From: Antedon mediterranea | Taxonomy: Eukaryota > Animalia > Echinodermata | DNA length: 64,000 nucleotides | NCBI RefSeq assembly: GCF_964355755.1 | Contig: NC_092670.1 | Location: 28,818,388-28,882,387, forward strand | Reading direction: 5' to 3' | Notes under the pieces: generated by a model | The model's input: the letters and a program-made list of their open reading frames with translations, nothing else | The model's database searches: none | Told to the model about the DNA's origin: nothing | Shown here: piece by piece, positions 53,505-64,000 of the stretch | Layout: every line of letters starts with the position of its first letter | Position numbering within the stretch: the first letter of the stretch is position 1 | Position numbers and translations under genes: made by a program

Positions 53505-56500
53505 TAGACCGGGCGCCCAGAAGATTTATTCATGTGAAAAGCCACAAAAGGTCTGATGGTCTGATTATGTATATATATGGCCAAAATTCAATAATCAATG
53601 CTGCCGGGTTCTATCCTGTAAATTTACCCTGGGGACACCAAATAAGAGGGGTAAAAAATGGATTTATTCATGTGAAAATCCACACGGATAAAAGTTGTTA
53701 GACATTGTTCCCATATGTGTATACAATGTTAAAACAGCAATGACAGCAACTTTATCCTGTAAGTTGCCCGAGACAGTAGCCCCAAGTGACCACTAAAAAA
53801 TGGTGTTATTCATGTCAAGAGCCACACGGCTAATTTCTTTTGCATTGTAACTGTTACACATTGGGGTGCACAAAAATATCATTGACAGCAACTTTATCCT
53901 GTAATTTGCCCCAAACAGTAGCCCCATGCAGACAGTAGCCCAGAAATGCCCGTTGAGCCATACAAAAATTAATCACACGAAGAGCCACACGGCCATTTCC
54001 TATTTTATTGGAACTGTTACGTCTTGGGATAGACGAAAATACTCATGACAGCAACTTTATCCTGTAAGTTTCCCCCAGACAGTAGCCACAGACAGTAGCC
54101 CAGAAATGCCCGTTGGATCCGGGCCTACAAGATTTAATCACACGAAGGGCCACACGGCCAATTCCTTTTTTATCGGAACTGTTACGTTTTTGGGATTGAC
54201 GAAAATACTCATGACAGCAACTTTATCCTGTAGGTTGCATGCCCCAGACAGTAGCCCAGAAATGCCCGGACGGCACAAATGCGCTTAATCAAATTGCAGA
54301 CAGTGACGAATTCTTAATACTTCTTAATGAATATGAAGAATTTTTACATCGTACTATAAAGGGTGAATTTGGCAACACTGCCGCATATTGGGCTATTTAC
54401 GTGTACCTTATCAACCGCTTGTATCGTCAATTCCCGCGTGCAGTAATAACGAATGATGTGATTCTGTACATTAATGTACTGCCCTTTTTGGTTGAAACAT
54501 TCTTTGCTCTGAACCGGGCAAATTATGCTCGTTGGGGTCAATTTTATTGAAAAAATGAAGAATTTGGACTTCGCAGCATTAGATGTTTTTAAAGCCGGTG
54601 CCTTTTCAACAAGACGAACGAAGAAAACGTACTCTAGAAGTTCAATAGATCTTACATTCGAGCAAACTGTTAACAGAGATGCTGCGTCATCGGCAACTGG
54701 AATTACAGCTTTTGCGAACTCAGAGAGTGCATTTTGTCGTTGGTGAGTAAGTCTCACTCAACGGAGAATTGAAGTCCATGAGTGGAATTCAACCCGGTGC
54801 AACACCAGCTAACCAGTTACGTCGACGGAGGATTGAGAGAGATAATAATGATGTAGACAAGTTTCTCATTAAGCTAAATAGTACATGCAATCCATTCGCC
54901 ACTGATTCACCAGGTAAAGCTGCAAATGACATAACAAGTACATATTTGCTGGGAACACTACAGAAAGGAGTCTTATCACGGCAGCTATTTCACAAAGAAT
55001 GTGTTTCAGACGAAACAAGATTATTATAGACGGTCAAGCGTATAAAGGTGCGCAATTTTGCTGCTTCAAACATGAAGAAGAAATCATTAAATGCAACAAA
55101 AGCTCTTGTTGCAGCTGAAGGTGTTCGTGATGCTTTTGGATACTTGTTATCAAAGACGACTACAGATTTGCATTATGTACTAAGTTTTCCGATCATTGAA
55201 ATACCACTAGCTATTGCACATTCCGATGGTACTCCAACAAAACAGAGAAGGCAATTCTTGCGAAGATTTTAGGAACAAGACAATCTGGTTTACATAAGGA
55301 AGACACTCCCGTGACCGACACAACTCTCTTTGATGGCGGACTTGTTCTGCATGAAGTTTTACCTCGTCATAATGTGTCTACATATGGGAAAATCGTTGCA
55401 GATATCATGATTAAGGTATGTTCAGCAAGTGGAAATTCTGTTCACCTGTTGCTGGTCATATATATAGAACCATCAATCAAAGATGTCGAAATATTAAAGA
55501 GAGGTGCAGAGCAGAACGCCAAGAACACATTCATTATAACAGGACCGGATCAACAACAGCAAAAGAAAGGTATAGATCTATTAAAGAATAGAGAATTTAA
55601 GGAAGCTCTAGCACAGTTTCTTATAAACGATGTCCAGAATGATCACTATGGTCCAATAATAGGTGACAAAAATTGTTCGGTCATCTGACATAGACGTATT
55701 TCACGACAACTTGAAAAGAAACAACGTGGTTTAAGCGAAGCACTCGTTGGTTTCCACGCCCTTACCGGATGTGATTTTAACTCGGCTTTCTACCGAAAGG
55801 GAAAGTTAATGCCATTTACTCATTTAGAGAAAAATTCAAAACATATTGCTGCGTTAATATTACTCGGTAGTGATGAAGGTATTGATAAATCGGCGATCAC
55901 TACATACATATGTCAGATTTACGGTTTCAAGTCGTTAAATGACATAAATGAGGCAAGGTATCAGTCATTTATTAAGATGACATAGGGTAGGAAGGGTGTT
56001 CAGGTGAAGAAAATAAACTGTTCTTCGTTACCGCCATGCAGCAAAACACTTCATCAACATATTTTACGGGCAACTATATATCTATGGTATGGAGGGGAGC
56101 AACACCCCAGAACCAACAAAACATCTGCATCCGCTGAATTTTAGATGGCTTTTGACGATGAAGATGGTCATTATGTGCCTCGTTGGTTTGAAGGAACATC
56201 TCTGCCAGAAAAGTTGAAAGAAGCAGAATGCGAATCCAGAAACGTAATGAGTGATGAAGCAAAGGATGCAGTCGTGTATGATTCCGATACAGATATTTCT
56301 AAAGATAGTGAAATAGAAGACATTGACTATGATAGCCAACCATGGAGTGGTGACAGTGAGAGTGAATATGAGGATGATGATGATGATCAGTGATAATTAA
56401 GACATACAGTGTTTTCGCTTAATCGGAATTATTTACACTGTAGCTTATGTTATTATTTTACCTTTTAATAATTAAGTAATACAATCACATGGAAACTTAT

Positions 56501-58014
56501 AAATATAACAGGAAGATTTCACATCTATGTAAAATGAACATCAATATGTTTTTTAGTGAATAAGGAGAATTAATCAATTCAATAGAGTACGCTACTGATA
56601 CTGACGACACTACCGACACACTTGTTTTATAAGGAATCAATGTTAGAATTAATTTGTTAGTTAATACTTTTAGTATCATAGTTTTATATTTTTCAGTTGA
56701 TATTACTACATTTAAAACTTACTGTCTGTTTTACACATATAGTGCATAAATAGTAGATTGTGAAACCAAAGTTTACTATGGATATGATGCAAACATTAAC
56801 TGGTTAAAGAAACACATTATTTTTATATGATTTGAATGTATAAATTTCAAATGAACACTTTAACAACATATTTATAGTCATACCTTGTAACGGAGTTGTT
56901 GGTAGAAATAATTTAACATGTGTTACGCACCAACGACGAAATGCACTCTCTGAGTTCGCAAAAGCTGTAATTCCAGTTGTCGATGACGCAGCATCTCTGT
57001 TAACAGTTTGCTCGAATGTAAGATCTATTGAACTTCTAGAGTACGTTTTCTTCGTTCGTCTTGTTGAAAAGGCACCGGCTTTAAAAACATCTAATGCTGC
57101 GAAGTCCAAATTCTTAATTTTTTCAATAAAATTTACCCCAACGAGCCTAATTTGCCCGGTTCAGAGCAAAGAATGATTCAACCAAATACGGTAGTACATT
57201 AATGTACAGAATCACATCATTCGTTATTAATGCACGCTGGAATTGACGATACAAGCGGTTGATAAGGTACACGTAAATAGCCCAATATGCGGCAGTGTTG
57301 CCAAATTCACCCTTTATAGTACGATGTAAAAATTCTTCATATTCATTAAGAAGTATTAAGAATTCGTCACTGTCTGCAATTTGATTAAGCACATTTGTGT
57401 CGTCCGGGCATTTCTGGGCTACTGTCTGGGCCTACTGTCTGGGGCATGCAACCTACAGGATAAAGTTGCTGTCATGAGTATTTTCGTCTATCCCAAGATG
57501 TAACAGTTCAAATAAAATAGGAATTGGCCGTGTGGCTCTTCGTGTGATTAAATTTTGTATGGCTCAATGGGCATTTCTGGGCTACTGTCTGGGGCTACTG
57601 TTTGGGGCAACTTACAGGATAAAGTTGCTGTCAATGATATTTTTGTGCACCCCAATGTGTAACAGTTACAATGCAAAAGGAATTAGCCATGTGGCTCTTG
57701 ACATGAATAACACCATTTTTTAGTGGTCACTTGGGGCTACTGTCTCGGGCAACTTACAGGATAAAGTTGCTGTCATTGCTGTTTTAACATTGTATACACA
57801 TATGGGAACAATGTCTAACAACTTTTATCCGTGTGGATTTTCACATGAATAAATCCATTTTTTACCCCTCTTATTTGGTGTCCCCAGGGTAAATTTACAG
57901 GATAGGACCCGGCAGCAATATTGATTATTGAATCTTGGCCATATATCTACATAATCAGACCATCAGACCTTTTGTGGCTTTTCACATGAATAAATCTTCT
58001 GGGCGCCCGGCCTA
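53505..58014 (+). mobile_element. Foldback Academ-type DNA transposon (copy 2)
   Basis: Termini TAGACCGGGCGCCC...GGGCGCCCGGCCTA with TSD AAA (53502-04 / 58015-17). Arms 53505-54750 vs 56922-58014. Subterminal GACAGCAACTTTATCCTGTA repeats are shared with copy 1. Confidence 0.85.
54280..56393 (+). pseudogene. Disrupted Academ transposase with XPG/FEN1-like nuclease motif
   Basis: Frameshifted ORF chain: FFALNRANYARW...SIDLTFEQTVNRDA...IPLAIAHSDG...LFDGG...EALVGFHALTGCDFNSAFYRKGK (H3TH-type motif)...LPPC...HILRANY...YVPRWFEG, then acidic tail. Confidence 0.8.
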
Positions 58015-58187
58015 AAAATATTTGCTTTGGTTATTTTGAAAAATCAGTGAATATAAAAAATTGTTTTTGCTAATCTAGTTTGATAAATCTGGGCCTTGCA
58101 TGCACAGAGTTTGGCATCAGCTTGGACAATATCAGGCCACAGTTTACAACAACAACATTGACATAAAATGTAGAATATATACAAATA

Positions 58188-58345
58188 ATAAATGTTTATG
58201 AGTGAATGGTACAAATAATGGCATGAGGTGAATGATGAAAAGTTATATTTCAACAAGGCGCGAGCCAAGTTGAAATATAACCTTTTATCATTCACCAAAT
58301 GCCATTATTTGTACCATTACACGAATATAAAACATTCATTATTTG
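58188..58345. mobile_element. Palindromic MITE family; degenerate copies at ~12300-12390 and ~46708-46805
   Basis: AATGGTACAAATAATGGCAT..GGTGAATGAT...ATCATTCACC..ATGCCATTATTTGTACCATT. Confidence 0.65.
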
Positions 58346-58929
58346 TTTTTATAACATCTAAATAGATTCCTATCATTTGAATCAAATAAAAGGTAGGCCT
58401 AGCCAAGGCCTACATTTTATTAAATATTATTATTTATATGGATTTCAATAACACACCTACTCTAGTGTTAATTATGTCAACGAACGACCAAACAATCCTA
58501 GGCCTAGCCTAATACTAACAGGTCTAGGCCCACTAGGCCCAGCTAGGCTACAGCAATACAAAACTTCGACAGGCAACTGGAACTCATATATAGCCTAATC
58601 ATGTTTTTCCACGATTCCATGTCTTGTAGGGCTGTCCCCATTAATTAATTTAAATCCTAAAAACGATCTAAAGCTAATTTATATGCCTTTTTGAATTATA
58701 GTCAACTGGTGGCGCTGTTGTATTTCACAGTAATTTGTACACAAAAATGTTTAAAAAGTACTATTAAACGATCGTTTAATAGTGTGTACTATTGCACGCT
58801 ATGTGACCCACAATCCTCCAATCAAATTACAGGAATTTATTTAGTATGTGTTATATAATATTATATAATATCTATTTTGGCCACAGTTCAAAAATTGTTG
58901 TTTAATTAGGAAATTGATACACAATTGAC

Positions 58930-61376
58930 TTATTCCAAAGATTCCACAGCAATACGTATATCACATGTCAATAAAACATCATACAGCTTTTCAACTGTAG
59001 CTCCTGATTGCGTTTCCCATGAACGGAGCACTTGATGACCTGGCTCAGGTCGAGACGCCAGGTACCGAACCAGATTGGGTTCAATTTCAAGTAAAGTAGC
59101 TATTCTGCTACATCCATTTCCTGTGCCTATAAAAGAAAATGAGCAGCATGACATTCAAGGAGCAGATCCAGGTTTCACAATCAATTTATGTATAATATAA
59201 TAACACTACTATTAGCATAATAATATACTAGCAGTAACCCGTGATCCGCACAGCCTTTTTCTACCTTAATATGTGGCTATACTAATTTGCATGGGATGAG
59301 TAAGTATAATAAAAACGCACTCTTCCCTGATAAAAGTACTCCGACAAAAAAAACCAAGTTGTCAAGAATAAAATTCGGAACTGTTTATGGCCATTGATGT
59401 TGTTATACACAAAGTATTCCTTCACTTTGAAATATCTGTAAGCTAAAAAATGAAAGCAATACTGGATATAGGGCTTTACGAAAATAAAAGACACTAAAGA
59501 AAATGGTGCTGTGTGAATATTAATCAAGGGTGCGCCTCAGAAATACCCACAAATATATTAATCTTATTATATAAAATGTTTATTCAACCAAGTATCACTT
59601 ATGGCATAGAAGTTTGGGGTAGCACGTATAAAACATATTTACAACCTATTTGTGTCATTCAAAAAATGTGTATGCGGTGTATAACTTTTCCTGATTTTAA
59701 TGCTTCGTCATCTCCGATATTTAAGCAACATAATATTCTAGATGTTCATAAACTATACGAATTATGTGTACTTAATTTTGTTTTTGATTTATATAATAGA
59801 AACTCTGCACATCAAATCAGTTATTATTTTAGTACAGTTGATCATTTACGAACTACTAGATTTAAACAAGGTAAAAACCTATCTATCCCTAAAGCCAGTA
59901 CTATGGCAGGTCAATTTAGAATTTCGTTTACTGGCACAAAATTTTGGAATAATTTATCACTCGACATAAAAAATAACACATCAAAAATCAATTTCGTAAA
60001 AAATATAACTGACCTACTATTATTGAGATACTGATTAATGCTGGCCCACCTCTTTCTTTTTGTCATTATTGTGTTTTTTTTACATTATTGTATAATTATA
60101 TTATCAAAATCGTTTGCACTGAACAGTATTATATTTGTTAATCAGGTGTAAACCATTGACTAGCAAAAGCTATTTGTTTATACCGTTTTGCCTTTGGTGA
60201 ATAAAGAATTATGTGTAGAAAATGAGAACATTTTTGAAAGGGACATGCACGTTGAAATATGTCAATCTGTCGGCAGTTTAAAACATTTTAATGATAAAAT
60301 ATGAATTGGTAATTAATAAAATTATGTGAAGTATTTGCAATAATAAAACTACAGCTGCTTATAAAAAAAGGTGCACATGGTGGTGGTAGTCAAAATTAAA
60401 GTATAAATAAAATACAAAACTATATATTGAGTGTTTTCTGTGCAAGAGCTTTTATTAAATTATGCTCAGAAATAGTGATGTGTATGCAATAAGTCAAATT
60501 TATCTATAGGTACAATAAAACAAAATTAAAAATACATTGCTGCGTAAACACGACCTAAACACATCGTTAATTGCTTTCCTTAATTGCGGGATAAGATATT
60601 TAGATATTGATATTTTGCAATTTTTTTGTGGGAGCTTTGTTATCTTTTTTGCTACTTCTGTAATCAAATTGTGGTCTAGTTTTGATTTTTTGCTTTAAGC
60701 GGTGATACTTATTTTACGGATTTAAACTTGAGTGTACTAAGCTGGCCACAGCGTTTTACTCACTGAGTTAGCCGTGATTAACAAAATACATTATGTTCCA
60801 AGGATAAGTGTAAGTAATTAAAACTTCAACGACGCGATCAGTCGATATGATTGGCCGGCTGTTTAATTTTGCGGCTCTACATGGTATTTGTGGATCTGGC
60901 CATTGCGGTACAACAGAGATGTGACGTCTTGCAAAACATGGCTGCTGAGACGTCAAATTACTGTTATTTGTTTGCCTTTTTTTAGTGTTTATCCTTAAAA
61001 TTCAGGAAAGTGATATAGCCTATTTTGTGCGGCCCATCAAGAAACATCAGTGTGCCAAATGTAAGCATGTACCATTCAGAGGAGATACGTAAAATTACAC
61101 AACCAATTTGGTAGCATAACATTCAGAATACAATTAGTAGGATAGAGCATGCTGTAAGAGATGGACATTTAAAAAAAATTATCAAGCAACATCTGTAAAC
61201 TAGATTTATTGCCGTCTATTTTTGTTGTTTTACTCAATGCTTTAATACAGTCTTCTGAAAAATAGCTGGAAACAAATTTGACTTACTATCATCAAGCATA
61301 TTAAGTTCCCTGGATACATTAAAGCGAACACCATAGGGCAGATCTGTATAATTTGTACCTGGATGTGCTTGGGTAC
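58930..61376 (-). CDS. 3' end (exons 61376-61287 and 59126-58930) of a paralogous death-domain gene; upstream exons not identified, probably beyond the window
   Basis: Same 90-nt phase 1/1 exon (GTQAHPGTNYTDLPYGVRFNVSRELNMLDD vs GTQAPPHKNFADLPYGVHSNIRMELNMLKD) and homologous terminal exon (YLASRPEPGHQVLRSWETQSGATVEKLYDVLLTC vs YLVSRSEPGKAILDSWQTQANATVDKLYKVLLKC). Confidence 0.85.
59228..61142 (-). mobile_element. Non-autonomous Helitron (family B) in the last intron of the paralogue
   Basis: Minus-strand A|TCCTACTAATTG...GGCTGTGCGGATCACGGGTTACTGCTAG|T. A partial copy of its 5' region lies at 3915-4170. Confidence 0.65.
59520..60210 (+). mobile_element. 5'-truncated non-LTR retrotransposon (CR1/L2-like ORF2 C-terminus)
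   Basis: ORF 59513-60034: LYKMFIQPSITYGIEVWGST...QKMCMRCI...SSPIFKQHNIL...ISFTGTKFWNNL, typical of the LINE RT C-terminal region. Confidence 0.85.
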
Positions 61377-64000
61377 CTAAAAAAAACAAGAAATATTCAT
61401 TTAGATTTACGATACAATAGAATTTATTGTCATTTAAACAAAAAGGTAAAAATGAAAAATTGATTGAGTTTTACAATAACATGAATACAATATATAAAGC
61501 ATTGTAAGAGTGATTTTAAAGTGATCTTACAAACTTGTTATCAAATACATGAATTGAATTATAAACAAATGATTGTCAGTAGCCTTTATAGACTTGCCCC
61601 AAGTCTGTATTATCTTTTTTTTAAATTTATTTGTTTTTATTTCGACCGCGATTTTTGTCTGAAAATACAGACTTGTGAATGAAACACGTATAGAAATCGA
61701 TTTGCAGACCGCAAACATCCGATAAGAATGACGTAGGTTATCATACCGTATTTGGCTATATGGGGCGGGCGGTATGTAAATATGGATTTCGAATCAACCA
61801 ATGATCATTTTGTTTCAAAATGAAAAAGATCGAGTACGGACAGTGCTGAATGTACGATCGAGACTGTTGAAATATACTAAATCGTAATGCCAAAGTTGTT
61901 TTGTTTATTAACCCGGTTTATTAATTGTTTAGTCCTTGGCCTAGGCCTCTTTCGTAGGTCCTACTCAACTCGCACGTATGACCTGCCAAATAAAACGCCA
62001 ATAAAGTAGGCCTACATACCACCAGCACACAACAGGGCTACACACCACACAGAACAACAGGACAGGGTCTGGGTGGGAAATCAAAATTATCTCCGCGTAA
62101 TAAATGATCCATTCAATGTTTGATTTGCGGAGAAGCTAGCCTATCATATCAAGACGAGTTTTCATGTTCTTGGGAAAAATCCCATCAAATGTTTACCAGA
62201 CTACTAGGCATATAAAATAATTTCTAGCCTTCAGAAACTACCCAAGTACACATTGTCTAAAAGTAACATAGCGCATGCGCATCATCTTAGTTGTTGAGTC
62301 TTTGAAATTCTGAAATATGAATATTAAAACGGTGTACGAGTGAGTAGCCAATCGCATGCAGCTAAAACTAGTCAACCGGATAATCGTATGCACCAAGAAT
62401 TCTTGGTGTCAAACCACGTGACTTGTGCGTGTTTCCCCAGACGGAGTATCCAAAATCAAGTAGTATACGTATGAAACGCCATATGTGCCAAAATATTTAT
62501 CTTTTTACTAATATTAAGACAAAACTCCGTCTGGAACCCAGACTATAGCCTTTAGTGTTTTGATTCAGTTTGGTTAACCATGAATTTTAGTTACAGTTTT
62601 TTGGATGTCCCTTTCATGAAGCGAAATAAGAGGTTCCAGGTTCCGATTTAGCTAGTCTATTTTTTTCCCAAACAACAGAGCCGAATAAAAGAACACTTCT
62701 AATAACGCTATAAAAAAATGTTTAGAATTTCGAATTTAAGTTTACTGAGGAAAAAACATTCTCTGACTTGCTATTTTAGTTATGAATAATTGTTGGTTTC
62801 CTAGTTAAGGTTTTAATCAAGAACAACACCAAGGGTCTGTTTCTGGTGAGAAAAATAAAAATAATTCAAATAATAATTAAAATAATAATAATAATAATAA
62901 TGATCGGTTATCTGATAACCGCTTTTTAAAAATTACGTCATCCATACCCACAACGCAGTCGAAGTTATGGAAGGCCGATGAAAGTTGGTTTGTTTACATC
63001 CTATTGCTGCCTAAAACTCTCACATGTAGGATTAAAAACTGAACTCTTACCTAAAGCTATATAATTTGTAAAATAAACATCTAGGCCTACTACCGTACCA
63101 CATACAACAGAATAATGATGTTATATTAATTAGGGCACGTCGACGAGAAAAGTTTGTTTCGCCGTTGGTGCTACTCTAGGGCCTAGCTAGACTATATATT
63201 TCTACCGAAACAACAGGCCTAAAAAAGGACATGCAAAACATCGTTAGCCTGGACTGGTGGGATGTAACGGTGTACTTGTAACGCAGAATCCTGAAGTCTC
63301 TCGGTATAATTCTCCCCCACAAAATAATAACAAATGTTTAACATTTAATTGTTATTATTTCATTGGTCCATATCGTTGTTTTGCTGATCGTAGTCGATCG
63401 CGCAAATAAACACCATGCTTTGTGAATGAGGGTTGCCATACTCTAGAGGTCAAAGTGTGGTCAATAATCGCTATTTGTGTTGCAGCTCAAAACTGCTCTG
63501 CAATAATCGGTTAAAACAAGAAATAATTGGTTAAAACATGCAATGGATTGAGTGTTTTTAATCGGTTATTTTTTAATCGGTTATTTCATTTTGCGCCGTT
63601 TCTGCTGCCCAAAAATAATTGATTAAAAAAAAAACCCCAAGATACTTAAATTCGTCTACTATTTCAAATTGTGTTTGTTATCAGTGATGGCATAGAGATA
63701 TTATAGTTCACTAGATTAGAAATAGATTTAAATTCCATTAGACATGACAGACTCAAGAATGTCATGACAGACTAAGAATGGCAATACAAAAATGTAGACA
63801 AAATTGTTTAAAATAGTATATTTTGAAATACGATTACAATGAACATACAAAGTGAAAAGAACTATATTTTACTGTATCATTTAAAATTGTTCACTGAGGA
63901 GGGCCACTCTAGTAAAGTATAACATTGTGAATACCTAAACATAATAAACATGAAGAAGAATGTTTAAGAATTAATCGGGTATTAAACACAAACCAGCCTT

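Overview
AT-rich, intron-containing animal genomic DNA, not prokaryotic. It is probably an invertebrate deuterostome such as an echinoderm; this is inferred from a Deu-type SINE and abundant TAGGCCTA motifs. Genes: (1) a complete 8-exon MOB4/phocein gene on + (CDS 13902-30277, 234 aa). (2) A complete 9-coding-exon, ~689-aa minus-strand gene (36849-47365) with architecture coiled coil - linker - death domain - seven tandem QPHHQQGG(A/V/T)(V/F)N prion-like repeats plus two PIQAE motifs - helical domain - C-terminal death domain; its putative promoter carries two perfect NF-kB sites and a CRE-like site. (3) The last two exons of a tandem paralogue of that gene (58930-61376). The rest is dense in transposons: two foldback Academ-type elements (TAG...CTA ends, 3-bp TSDs, XPG-like transposase remnants), three Helitrons with intact TC/CTAG ends, a TGT...ACA foldback element, a satellite-carrying TIR element with a 6-bp TSD, Harbinger-like MITEs, SINEs, LINE fragments, two satellites and a degenerate tRNA-iMet. 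The most novel candidate is the kB-linked death-domain/prion-repeat adaptor family. All calls come from manual reading; no database search was run.
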